A DNA stretch of 64,000 nucleotides from Melioribacteraceae bacterium (GTDB lineage: Bacteria > Bacteroidota > Ignavibacteria > Ignavibacteriales > Melioribacteraceae): assembly GCA_963663265.2 (NCBI GenBank), contig CAXXXM010000002.1, forward strand, positions 2,150,078 to 2,214,077. Direction: 5' to 3'. This document shows, in pieces, positions 1 to 9,165 of this stretch; positions within the stretch are counted from its first letter, which is position 1, and each line of letters starts with the position of its first letter. The notes beneath the pieces are model-generated. The model saw only the letters and a list, made by a program, of their open reading frames with translations, made no database searches and had not been told where the DNA came from. The position numbers and the translations under genes are program-made.

Positions 1-729
1 ACGGTTCAAAACATTAATTATTATGATATTGAAGTTTGTAAAACCGATGATTATATAAACTCCAGATGTAAATTGGATATTTATTACCCTGAGAATAAAA
101 AAGATTTTACAACTGTAATCTGGTTTCATGGAGGCGGTTTAACCGGAGGTGAAAAAGAGATTCCCGCAAGATTGAAAAACAATGGCTTTTGTATTGTTGG
201 AGTCAATTATAGATTAAGTCCTCATGTTAATGCTCCAAAATATATTGAAGATGCAGCTGCGTCGGTTGCATGGGTATTTGGTAATATCAATAAATATGGT
301 GGTGATACTAATAAAATAATTGTTTCCGGTTATTCTGCCGGCGGCTATTTAACGTTAATGCTGGGTTTAGATAAAAAATGGTTGGGTAAATATAATATTG
401 ATGCAAATAAAATTAAAGAGCTTGTTCCTTTTAGCGGACAATGTATAACCCATTTTACTGTTAGAAAGGAAAATGGAATTTCTGAAACACAGCCAATTAT
501 TGATGAATTTGCCCCGTTATATTATGTTAGAGCAGATGCTCCTAAAATTTTATTGATTACTGGCGATAGGGACTTGGAAATGTTAGGACGTTATGAAGAG
601 AATGCTTACCTATACAGAATGATGAAAGTTGTTGGACACAAAGATATCCATCATTACGAACTTGATGGTTATGGGCATGGAATGACTGAGCCGGCATACC
701 CTTTGCTTATAAAAGAAGTAAAAAAATAA
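1..729 (+). CDS. alpha/beta hydrolase, hormone-sensitive-lipase-like esterase (Abhydrolase_3 type); 5' end runs off the window
   Basis: The frame is open from nt 1, so the TTG at 73 in the ORF track is probably internal. Oxyanion-hole motif 'HGGG' (WFHGGGLTGG), nucleophile elbow 'GYSAGG' (GxSxG) and a C-terminal 'GHG' His region are present. Confidence 0.7.
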   Translation, partial: TVQNINYYDIEVCKTDDYINSRCKLDIYYPENKKDFTTVIWFHGGGLTGGEKEIPARLKNNGFCIVGVNYRLSPHVNAPKYIEDAAASVAWVFGNINKYGGDTNKIIVSGYSAGGYLTLMLGLDKKWLGKYNIDANKIKELVPFSGQCITHFTVRKENGISETQPIIDEFAPLYYVRADAPKILLITGDRDLEMLGRYEENAYLYRMMKVVGHKDIHHYELDGYGHGMTEPAYPLLIKEVKK

Positions 730-834
730 AAATATAAACAAAATATAAATTTCCTTTACTTTTTGTAAAAAATGCAATAAATTGTATTGTAAATGTGAAA
801 AAATCGCATTTAGAATATGTTTTTGGAGGAAATT

Positions 835-2184
835 ATGCTAATTCGCTTATTTGTAGAAAATTTTTTAAGCTTTGGTGAAAGAATTGAATTTTCCATGGTT
901 GCTGGAAAAATACAACAACATCCTGACCATATAATAAAGCTTGAAAAAAACTCAAAGTTTAATTTACTTAAGGTGGGTGCTATATATGGTGCAAATGCTG
1001 CCGGTAAAAGTAACTTGATTAAAGCAATGGCTGTTATTCAGAAATTAGTATTAAAGGGAACTCTTCCGAATCAAACACTACCTGTTACTGAATTTAAATT
1101 GGATAAAGAATTAAAATCAAAACCAACTCGTATTGAAGTTGAATTCAGGAAAAATAACAAATGTTATGCATATGGTTTTATAGCTGATAAAAATACTATA
1201 TTGGAAGAATGGTTGTATGAGATTGGAAAACAAAAAGAAAAAAGAATTTTCAGCAGAGAAATAGACAAAAACAAAAATACAAGTTTTCAATTTTTAGAAA
1301 ATTCCCAAATATCAAAAAAGGAAAAAGATTTTTTAAACTTGTTATCTGAAAGTACACGGGATAACCAACTTTTTATAAATCAGTGTTTTAATCATAAAAT
1401 TGAAAATTTATTAGTCAAATCGAAAGGTATTCAGGAATGTATTTCTTGGTTTTCTGATAATTTAGTCGTTGTTTTTCCAAATACAAAATTTAGTTTTCCA
1501 TTCTACAATACGGCAAACAAAAATAATTTTATGAAAGATTTTAGTAAATTTTTGAAAATTTTTGATACTGGAATAGATGATGTTGAATATAAAAAAATTG
1601 ATGTGAATGATACAAAGTTAATTCCAAAAGATGTTCAAGAAAAGATAAGGGAACTTCCACAGGATGGGAAAACTAGATTAATAAGTATACGACAAGGTGA
1701 TTCGCTTTCCTACATCTTATATGATGGAACAAGCAAGTTTGTGATTCACAAACTAACTGTTGTTCATAAAATTGTTAATTCAGAAAAATCCGAATCTTTT
1801 GACCTTGAAGAAGAATCTGATGGAACAATTAGGATGTTTGATTTAATTCCTTTATTATTAGATTCCAGTAATGAAGAAAATGTAATTCTTATTGATGAGC
1901 TTAATAGAAGTTTGCATCCAAGTCTTACTAAAAATTTTATTATTAAATTTTTAGACGTATATGAGAATAAAAATAATCAGATCATTTTTACAACGCACGA
2001 AGAAAATCTTCTCGATTTAGATCTATTTAGAAAAGATGAAATATGGTTTGTTGAAAAAAATGAAAAGAAACAATCTAAAGTGTACTCGCTTTTAGTATTT
2101 AAGGATGTAAGATTTGATAAAAAAATTAAAGATGATTATTTAATTGGTCGTTATGGAGCAATTCCGGATTTGTTAAACTATTAG
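835..2184 (+). CDS. AAA_15/AAA_21-type (ABC/SMC-like) ATPase, AbiLi/AriA/OLD-N-terminal-like
   Basis: GGAGGA at 825-830 precedes the ATG at 835, preferred over the ATG at 817. Typical N-terminus 'MLIRLFVENFLSFGE'. Walker A 'GANAAGKSN', Walker B 'VILIDELNRSLHP' and 'FTTHEENLL' are present. A long helical insertion lies between the Walker motifs. Confidence 0.75.
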   Translation: MLIRLFVENFLSFGERIEFSMVAGKIQQHPDHIIKLEKNSKFNLLKVGAIYGANAAGKSNLIKAMAVIQKLVLKGTLPNQTLPVTEFKLDKELKSKPTRIEVEFRKNNKCYAYGFIADKNTILEEWLYEIGKQKEKRIFSREIDKNKNTSFQFLENSQISKKEKDFLNLLSESTRDNQLFINQCFNHKIENLLVKSKGIQECISWFSDNLVVVFPNTKFSFPFYNTANKNNFMKDFSKFLKIFDTGIDDVEYKKIDVNDTKLIPKDVQEKIRELPQDGKTRLISIRQGDSLSYILYDGTSKFVIHKLTVVHKIVNSEKSESFDLEEESDGTIRMFDLIPLLLDSSNEENVILIDELNRSLHPSLTKNFIIKFLDVYENKNNQIIFTTHEENLLDLDLFRKDEIWFVEKNEKKQSKVYSLLVFKDVRFDKKIKDDYLIGRYGAIPDLLNY

Positions 2185-2191
2185 GTACAAA

Positions 2192-2893
2192 ATGGGAAGA
2201 GAAGAACAGAGTATTGAAAGAATAAAAGAAGAAATTAGGCAGAAGAAAGTTTTTGTAATAGCAACTGAAGGGAAGATTACAGAAATAAAATACTTCCAAT
2301 TTCTTTTTGAAAATAAACTTCTAAAAAAAGATATTCGGATGATTCTACTACCTACTGAAGATGGCGATAATAAACCTTCAGACGTATATAAAAGACTGGA
2401 GAAATTTGTTGAAAGTACCGGAATTAACGAATTAAATAGTGTGAACGACGATTTTTGGATTGTTATAGACAGAGATAAACAAAGTATAAACAATTCTCTT
2501 TTAAATGTGGTTTTGAGTTTTTGTAAGACACATGATTATGGATTTGGTTTAAGCAGTCCATGTTTTGAACTTTGGTTTTTATTACATAGCATGGATATAT
2601 CTAAAGAGACTAAAGAATATAAAAGTGCTTTATACGAAAATAGACGTGTTTCCGTAAATGGAGGAACCTTTGTTGAAGTTGAGTTGCGTAAAAAGCAAAA
2701 TTCATATAATAAGTGCAATCCTAAACCAGAGAGATTTATAAAAAAAACTGACCGAGCTTTAGAAAATGCACAAAAACTCGGATTATATTCAACCGATAAA
2801 ATTCCAAGTACAATTATCTGCTATGTCTATAAATTAATTGAGCAAATAATTAATAAAGAAAAAATAAACGAACTTGCAAAAATTCCTTTATAA
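2192..2893 (+). CDS. RloB-like (Toprim-like) protein, AbiLii-like partner of the upstream ATPase
   Basis: It starts 7 nt after the ATPase stop. RloB-family landmarks by eye: 'VFVIATEGKITEIKYFQ', acidic 'WIVIDRDKQ', and 'SSPCFELWFLLH' (family 'SNPcFElWlLLH'). Confidence 0.7.
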   Translation: MGREEQSIERIKEEIRQKKVFVIATEGKITEIKYFQFLFENKLLKKDIRMILLPTEDGDNKPSDVYKRLEKFVESTGINELNSVNDDFWIVIDRDKQSINNSLLNVVLSFCKTHDYGFGLSSPCFELWFLLHSMDISKETKEYKSALYENRRVSVNGGTFVEVELRKKQNSYNKCNPKPERFIKKTDRALENAQKLGLYSTDKIPSTIICYVYKLIEQIINKEKINELAKIPL

Positions 2894-3098
2894 AAGTGAA
2901 ATTTATAATTTCCATAATAAAGAAAAATTCTAAAAACTGAGAAAGTCGAGAAAAAAATATCTATTAAAAAAATAGATAATTATACAAAAACGAACAAGAA
3001 AAGCGAATTTATATTCATTTTATGCATAAGTTTTAAAGGCACATTTTTTGATGATATTAAGTGCTGATAATAAAAAAAAATTTAAAAAGGTAACTAAA

Positions 3099-3500
3099 AT
3101 GAACATTTCGCATATTGAACACATCGGAATAGCAGTTAAAAATTTAGAAGAAGCAATAAAATATTATGAAACAGTATTAGGGTTAAAATGTTATGCTGTT
3201 GAAGAAGTAAAAGACCAAAAAGTAAAGACAGCATTTTTTCAAGTAGGGCAGACCAAAATAGAATTATTAGAATCAACTGAACCAGATGGACCAATAGGAA
3301 AATTTATTGAGAAAAAAGGGGAAGGAATCCACCACTTAGCATTCTGTGTAGATGATGTTGCAAAATCATTAGCAGAAGCAGAATCAAAAGGAATACAGTT
3401 AATAGATAAAGCTCCAAGAAAAGGAGCCGAAGGATTGAATATAGGATTTTTACATCCAAAATCAACAATTAGTGTATTAACAGAACTTTGTGCAAAATAA
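3099..3500 (+). CDS. mce: methylmalonyl-CoA epimerase (VOC/glyoxalase fold)
   Basis: 'MNISHIEHIGIAVKNLEEAIKYY..LG', 'IELLE', 'GEGIHHLAF' and 'FLHPKS' are present. It is the first gene of the mmd operon. The ATG at 3099 is preferred over the TTG at 3048. Confidence 0.8.
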   Translation: MNISHIEHIGIAVKNLEEAIKYYETVLGLKCYAVEEVKDQKVKTAFFQVGQTKIELLESTEPDGPIGKFIEKKGEGIHHLAFCVDDVAKSLAEAESKGIQLIDKAPRKGAEGLNIGFLHPKSTISVLTELCAK

Positions 3501-3554
3501 AAATTAATAAATTTAGTATCTACAAATGACAAAAGGTCATTATTAGGAGTAAAT

Positions 3555-5114
3555 ATGGCAATACAAGAAAAAATTCAAGAACTTATGGATAAACGGGCAA
3601 AAGCTCGTCTTGGCGGTGGTGAAAAAAGAATAGAATCACAACACCAAAAAGGTAAGTTTACCGCACGTGAACGTATTGATATGCTTTTAGATGAAGGCAG
3701 TTTTGAAGAATTCGATATGTTCGTATCGCATAGAACAGTTGATTTTGGATTAGACAAGCAAACATATCTTTCAGATGGTGTAGTTACCGGTTATGGTACA
3801 ATTGATGGTAGATTAGTATATGTGTTTTCACAAGATTTTACAGTTTTTGGCGGTTCTTTATCAGAAATGTACGCTCAAAAGATTTGTAAAGTGATGGATA
3901 AAGCAATGAAAATGGGTGCACCTGTTATTGGTATTAATGATAGTGGTGGAGCACGTATTCAAGAAGGTGTTAAAAGTTTAGGCGGTTACGCTGATATTTT
4001 TGAAAGAAATATTTTAGCATCCGGAGTTGTACCACAGATTTCGGCAATTTTTGGTCCTTGTGCCGGCGGTGCTGTTTATTCACCAGCTTTAACAGACTTT
4101 ACAATTATGACAAAAGGTACAAGTTATATGTTTGTAACAGGTCCTAAAGTTGTAAAAACAGTTACAGGTGAAGTTGTAACCGATGAAGAACTTGGTGGTG
4201 CAATGGTTCATGCAACAAAATCAGGTGTTACACATTTTGTGGCTGAAGATGAAAACGAGGGTATTTTATTAATAAGAAAATTAATAAGTTACTTGCCACA
4301 AAACAATCTTGAAGATCCACCTTACGCAAACTGTGATGATCCAATAGATAGATTAGATGATACATTAAATGAAATTATTCCAGAGAACCCTAATAAGCCT
4401 TATGATGTAAAAGATGTAATTCATTCAGTAGTTGATTATAATGAATTTTTAGAAGTACAAAGGCACTATGCTCCAAACATTATTACCGGATTTGCTCGTT
4501 TTAATGGTACTTCAGTTGGTATTATAGCAAACCAACCAAGCTTTTTGGCAGGTGTATTAGATATTAATGCTTCAAGAAAAGCAGCTCGTTTTGTTCGATT
4601 CTGCGATGCATTTAACGTCCCATTAGTAACATTAGTTGACGTACCGGGATTTTTGCCGGGTACAGCTCAAGAATATGGTGGTATCATTTTACATGGTGCA
4701 AAATTACTATTTGCTTATGGAGAAGCAACAGTACCAAAAGTTACTGTTATTTTACGTAAAGCATATGGTGGCGCTTATGATGTTATGAGTTCAAAACACT
4801 TACGTGGCGATATCAACTATGCTTGGCCGAATGCAGAAATTGCTGTTATGGGTCCAAAAGGTGCTATTGAAGTGTTACATGCTCGTGAATTAAAAGAGAT
4901 TACCGATCCGGCAGAAAAAGCTAAATTTATGGCAGAAAAAGAAGAAGAATATAAAAATAAATTTGCCAATCCTTATGTTGCTGCTAAATATGGTTATATT
5001 GATGACGTAATTGAACCAAGAAATACTCGTTTTAGAATAATTAGAGCATTACAGATGCTTTCAACTAAAAAAGATCAAAATCCGCCTAAAAAACACTCAA
5101 ACATACCATTATAA
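3555..5114 (+). CDS. mmdA: methylmalonyl-CoA decarboxylase alpha subunit / carboxyltransferase (propionyl-CoA carboxylase beta family)
   Basis: 519 aa with AGGAG upstream. Carboxyltransferase blocks include '[22 protein letters not shown]', '[12 protein letters not shown]' and '[13 protein letters not shown]'-type '[18 protein letters not shown]'. The context has a BCCP and an OadB-like pump but no biotin carboxylase. Confidence 0.85.
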   Translation: MAIQEKIQELMDKRAKARLGGGEKRIESQHQKGKFTARERIDMLLDEGSFEEFDMFVSHRTVDFGLDKQTYLSDGVVTGYGTIDGRLVYVFSQDFTVFGGSLSEMYAQKICKVMDKAMKMGAPVIGINDSGGARIQEGVKSLGGYADIFERNILASGVVPQISAIFGPCAGGAVYSPALTDFTIMTKGTSYMFVTGPKVVKTVTGEVVTDEELGGAMVHATKSGVTHFVAEDENEGILLIRKLISYLPQNNLEDPPYANCDDPIDRLDDTLNEIIPENPNKPYDVKDVIHSVVDYNEFLEVQRHYAPNIITGFARFNGTSVGIIANQPSFLAGVLDINASRKAARFVRFCDAFNVPLVTLVDVPGFLPGTAQEYGGIILHGAKLLFAYGEATVPKVTVILRKAYGGAYDVMSSKHLRGDINYAWPNAEIAVMGPKGAIEVLHARELKEITDPAEKAKFMAEKEEEYKNKFANPYVAAKYGYIDDVIEPRNTRFRIIRALQMLSTKKDQNPPKKHSNIPL

Positions 5115-5124
5115 GGAGGGTTAA

Positions 5125-5607
5125 ATGATTTTTAGTTTTATTCAAAACATAGATACAATAAGTGCAAAAGTAAACAGCGATTCACTTAACATGGTAAAAA
5201 CAGCCATACAGGATACTGTTCAGCAGGTTTCGGAAAAATCATTGGGCGATATTTCTTTTGATTTTTCAAAAATTGCTGAAGGTAATGGTGAGTTGATATC
5301 CGTAGTAAGTATGGCGGTTGTGTTTTCTTCTTTAGCTTTATTAAGTATCTTTTTAATTTACTTAACTAAAACATTGCAGCTTTCAGTAAGGAAGAAGCGA
5401 GAAAAAACCGGCGAAATTACACCAGCTTCTCCAAAAGCTATGGATTCAACAGGTGAAATAGATGCTGCAATATTTACAGCTTTACACTTACATTTTTCCG
5501 AATTACATGATTTGGAAAATACAGTATTAACAATAAATAAAGTTCAAAGAGTTTATTCTCCTTGGAGTTCAAAAATTTACGGATTAAGAAATATACCTCG
5601 CAAATAA
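5125..5607 (+). CDS. small single-pass membrane protein, putative OadG/MmdD-like anchor subunit
   Basis: AAGGAGGG lies upstream. One hydrophobic helix ('ISVVSMAVVFSSLALLSIFLIYL') is followed by a basic stretch. The call rests mainly on its position between mmdA and the BCCP gene. Confidence 0.4.
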   Translation: MIFSFIQNIDTISAKVNSDSLNMVKTAIQDTVQQVSEKSLGDISFDFSKIAEGNGELISVVSMAVVFSSLALLSIFLIYLTKTLQLSVRKKREKTGEITPASPKAMDSTGEIDAAIFTALHLHFSELHDLENTVLTINKVQRVYSPWSSKIYGLRNIPRK

Positions 5608-5623
5608 AGGAATAAGAATTAAT

Positions 5624-6061
5624 ATGAAAAAATATAAATTTACAATACAAGGAAACGACTATGACGTTGAGATATTAAATCTTGATGATAATGTCGCCGA
5701 AGTTGATGTAAATGGCTCAGTATATAAAGTACAAATACATCATGAAGTTAAAGCTTCAAAAACTCCAAAATTAACCAGAACTTTTGCAGTACCATCAAAT
5801 GAAGGCGATACAGCAAAAACAAGCAAACCTACTGAAAGAAAAGGCGGCGGTAATGTTAAGGCTCCACTTCCGGGTGTGATTTTGGAAGTTAAAGTTAGAG
5901 AGGGTGATGTTGTTAAAGCCGGAGATACTCTTCTTATTATGGAAGCTATGAAAATGGAAAACAACATTAAAGCCGATAAAGAAGGTAAAGTTTTAAGTAT
6001 GAAAGTAAAACAAGGTGATTCTGTACTTGAAGGTGACATACTTGTTGAAATAGGGAGCTAA
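5624..6061 (+). CDS. mmdC: biotin carboxyl carrier protein (biotinyl domain), decarboxylase gamma subunit
   Basis: Pro/Ala-type linker followed by a biotinyl domain with the biotinylation motif 'EAMKMEN' and 'GDSVLEGDILVEI'. Confidence 0.85.
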   Translation: MKKYKFTIQGNDYDVEILNLDDNVAEVDVNGSVYKVQIHHEVKASKTPKLTRTFAVPSNEGDTAKTSKPTERKGGGNVKAPLPGVILEVKVREGDVVKAGDTLLIMEAMKMENNIKADKEGKVLSMKVKQGDSVLEGDILVEIGS

Positions 6062-6064
6062 TAT

Positions 6065-7222
6065 ATGGAACAATTACTCGATGCGTTGAGACAGTTTTTT
6101 ACTTATAGTGGTTTCTACAATATCACGTTTGGTCACGTTGCCATGATAGTAGTTGGACTTCTCTTTATTTACTTAGCTATAAAGAAGGATTATGAACCAT
6201 TATTACTTGTCCCAATTGGTTTTGGTATTTTAATAGGAAATATTCCTTTTGTTGAAAATATTGGTTTACAAATTGGTATCTATGAACAAGGTAGCGTACT
6301 AAATTATATCTATTTTGGAGTGTTAAAAGGTATCTTCCCTCCACTTATTTTCTTAGGTATTGGTGCAATGACAGATTTCTCTGCGTTATTGTCCAATCCA
6401 AAGTTGATGTTGTTAGGAGCTGCGGCTCAAGTAGGTATCTTTTTTACATTTATAGCTGCTTTGGTTTTAGGATTTACTCCTGCTCAAGCCGGAGCTATTG
6501 GAATTATTGGTGGTGCTGATGGTCCTACTGCTATATTTTTAGCTTCAAAATTAGCACCTGAGTTTATTGGAGCAATTGCTATTGCGGCTTATTCTTATAT
6601 GGCATTAGTTCCGGTAATTCAACCGCCGGTAATTAAATTGTTAACTACAAAAAAAGAAAGATTAATTAAAATGAAACCTGCAAGAGTAGCTACAAAATTG
6701 GAAAAGATATTATTCCCAATTGCAGGTTTATTATTTACAACATTTATTTCACCAAGTGCTTTGCCTTTATTAGGTATGTTGTTTTTTGGTAATTTATTAA
6801 AAGAATCAGGGGTTACAAAACGTTTAGCTGAAACTGCTTCGCGTCCTTTGATTGATATAGTTACTATTTTACTTGGTGTTACAGTTGGTGCTTCAACACA
6901 AGCTACAACATTTTTAACTCCACAATCTATTTTGATATTTATTCTTGGTGCTGTTTCTTTTATGATAGCAACTGCAGGTGGGGTTTTATTTGCTAAGTTT
7001 ATGAATTTGTTTTTTAAAGAAGGCGAAAAAATCAATCCAATGATAGGTGCTTCAGGTGTATCGGCTGTTCCTGATAGTGCACGTGTTGTACATACCCTTG
7101 GAATTGAAGAAGACTCTTCAAACTACTTATTAATGCATGCTATGGCACCAAACGTTGCCGGTGTTATCGGCTCGGCAGTTGCCGCAGGTATTTTAATGAG
7201 TTTCTTGTTACACTTAGTTTAG
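6065..7222 (+). CDS. mmdB: Na+-translocating decarboxylase beta subunit (OadB/MmdB/GcdB family)
   Basis: 385-aa polytopic membrane protein. Family blocks include 'LLLVPIGFG', 'GAMTDF', 'GGADGPT' and 'ASGVSAVPDSARV'. Confidence 0.85.
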   Translation: MEQLLDALRQFFTYSGFYNITFGHVAMIVVGLLFIYLAIKKDYEPLLLVPIGFGILIGNIPFVENIGLQIGIYEQGSVLNYIYFGVLKGIFPPLIFLGIGAMTDFSALLSNPKLMLLGAAAQVGIFFTFIAALVLGFTPAQAGAIGIIGGADGPTAIFLASKLAPEFIGAIAIAAYSYMALVPVIQPPVIKLLTTKKERLIKMKPARVATKLEKILFPIAGLLFTTFISPSALPLLGMLFFGNLLKESGVTKRLAETASRPLIDIVTILLGVTVGASTQATTFLTPQSILIFILGAVSFMIATAGGVLFAKFMNLFFKEGEKINPMIGASGVSAVPDSARVVHTLGIEEDSSNYLLMHAMAPNVAGVIGSAVAAGILMSFLLHLV

Positions 7223-7257
7223 TGTCATAGAGGTACTTTACTCTAATTATTACTTGT

Positions 7258-7290
7258 ATAAGGGGTGCTGCCACACCCCTTATCTTTTTC
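7258..7290 (+). terminator. rho-independent terminator of the mmd operon
   Basis: Stem AGGGGTG (7261-7267) pairs with CACCCCT (7274-7280) and is extendable by flanking A/T pairs. A CTTTTTC tract follows. Confidence 0.6.
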
Positions 7291-7413
7291 CTGTCAAAAT
7301 TCCTTCCTTATCAACGATAAAATTATTAACTTAATATAATATTAGATTAAGAACCATTATAATTTTGCTTTTGTTTATATTTATATTTCCAATTTAACAA
7401 ATATTGAATTTTA

Positions 7414-9162
7414 ATGCGAAGTTTAGCTGTATTATTAAAGTACTTTAATAAATATAAAATTAAAATAGCTTTGGGTATACTCTTTATATTAATATCTAAC
7501 ATCACCCAAATATATGTGCCCATATTTTTAAAAGATGCTATTGATAGTTTAGAAACATCAATAAACTATGATACATTAACTCATTACGCAATCTTAATAA
7601 TTGTGATTAGTGTTATTAGCGGAATTTTTAGATATTTAATCCGTCAAACAATAATTGTAGTATCAAGAGAAATTGAATTTGATTTACGGCAAGATTTTTG
7701 GACACACATTCAAAAGCTGCCATTAAGATATTTTCAAAATCATACAACAGGCGATATAATGGCTCATGCAACTAATGATATTAATGCTGTTAGAATGTTT
7801 GTTGGTCCGGCAGTTATGTATTTTATTGATACTGCATTTAGATTTTGTATTATTTTGTTAATAATTCTTTCATTAAGTGTAAAGCTTACTATATATTCAC
7901 TTCTGCCGCTCCCATTTTTATCTTATATGGTGTATTACATCAGCAAAAAGATATACAAAAAGTTTACTCTTATTCAGGAAAAGTTTTCGGAGTTAACAGC
8001 AAAAACACAAGAATCGTTTTCCGGTATTCGTGTTGTTAAATCATATGTAAGAGAAGAAAGTGAACTTAAAGCATTCAAAAAAATAAATGCTGATTACCTT
8101 GATAGGAATATGGATAAAGTTAAAATACAGGCCTTGTTTCAACCGATTTTGTTTTTAATTACAGGTGTATCTGTTATTATTGTTACTTGGCTTGGTGGTA
8201 CAATGGTTATGGAAGGTGTTATAAGTTTGGGAGAGCTTTCTGCGTTTGTTGTGTTTTTGGGAATGTTAATTTGGCCCACAATTGCTTTTGGATGGGTAAT
8301 GAATATAGCTCAACAGGCTGCTGCAAGCATGGAAAGACTAAACAGAATGATGAAGGAGGATGTAGAAATAAGCAATCATCAGGGAACAGATTTCAGTATT
8401 AAAGATTTTACGGGAAATATTGAGTTCAAGGATGTAAGTTTTAAGTATTCAGAAAAGCTGCCTAATGTTCTTAAAAATACAAATATTAATATAAAAGCAG
8501 GATCTACTGTTGCTTTTGTTGGGAATACCGGTGTTGGAAAATCAACTTTAATAAATTTAATTCCACGCTTGTATGATGTAACTGCTGGAGAAATCTTTAT
8601 TGATGGGGTTAATGTTAAAAATGTTCCAATTGAAGTATTAAGGCAAAATATTGGGATTGTACCACAAGAGACTTTTTTATTTTCCGACACATTAGAAAAT
8701 AATATTTTATTTGGAGTTAGGGATCCAAATAAAGACTTATTAAACAAGGTTTCTGATATTTCTGCTCTCAATAAAGATGTAGTTGCGTTTCCTGAAAAAT
8801 TTGGTACAATTTTAGGTGAAAAGGGGATTACTCTATCGGGTGGACAAAAGCAGAGAACTTCTTTAGCACGTGCATTAGCAATAGATCCTAAAATTTTAAT
8901 TTTGGATGATTCTTTTTCAGCGGTTGATACTAATACCGAAGAGGAGATTTTAACAAAATTAAAAGATTATATGAATGGAAGGACAAGTATTATTATTAGT
9001 CATCGTATATCAACTGTAAAAAATGCTGATAAAATTTTTGTTATTGATAATGGGCAGATTGCAGAAGAAGGTACTCATAATGAATTAGTTGATGCAAGTG
9101 GTATTTATGCATCAATGCACCAAAAACAGTTATTAGAAAAAGAATTAAAGGAAATTAATTAA
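7414..9162 (+). CDS. ABC exporter half-transporter (TMD-NBD), degenerate-site partner
   Basis: Six-TM exporter domain plus NBD. Walker A 'GNTGVGKST' and signature 'LSGGQKQR' are present. Walker B is 'ILILDD-S', with Asp in place of the catalytic Glu. Confidence 0.85.
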   Translation: MRSLAVLLKYFNKYKIKIALGILFILISNITQIYVPIFLKDAIDSLETSINYDTLTHYAILIIVISVISGIFRYLIRQTIIVVSREIEFDLRQDFWTHIQKLPLRYFQNHTTGDIMAHATNDINAVRMFVGPAVMYFIDTAFRFCIILLIILSLSVKLTIYSLLPLPFLSYMVYYISKKIYKKFTLIQEKFSELTAKTQESFSGIRVVKSYVREESELKAFKKINADYLDRNMDKVKIQALFQPILFLITGVSVIIVTWLGGTMVMEGVISLGELSAFVVFLGMLIWPTIAFGWVMNIAQQAAASMERLNRMMKEDVEISNHQGTDFSIKDFTGNIEFKDVSFKYSEKLPNVLKNTNINIKAGSTVAFVGNTGVGKSTLINLIPRLYDVTAGEIFIDGVNVKNVPIEVLRQNIGIVPQETFLFSDTLENNILFGVRDPNKDLLNKVSDISALNKDVVAFPEKFGTILGEKGITLSGGQKQRTSLARALAIDPKILILDDSFSAVDTNTEEEILTKLKDYMNGRTSIIISHRISTVKNADKIFVIDNGQIAEEGTHNELVDASGIYASMHQKQLLEKELKEIN

Positions 9163-9165
9163 TAA

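Noticed and set aside
817-834. ATG at 817 as the start of the AAA ATPase
   Set aside because: The GGAGGA at 825-830 lies inside that extension and is correctly spaced for the ATG at 835. That start gives the family-typical N-terminus 'MLIRLFVENF'.
2173-2493. Antisense or alternative-frame ORFs inside well-supported genes. Examples: 2173-2493, 2536-2718, 3239-3532, 5740-6039, 6619-7035, 7845-8039, 8187-8402, 8379-8771, 10950-11231, 14249-14434, 17378-17596, 18102-18548, 19945-20223, 20470-20724, 31227-31421, 33797-34000, 37448-37687, 38205-38399, 44047-44451, 46176-46499, 48517-49029, 53489-53737, 58616-58867, 61582-61966, 62872-63090
   Set aside because: Each lies within or opposite a gene with strong family motifs. 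Their translations are low-complexity (Ser/Leu/Ile/Phe-rich), as expected from AT-rich antisense frames, and none has an RBS.
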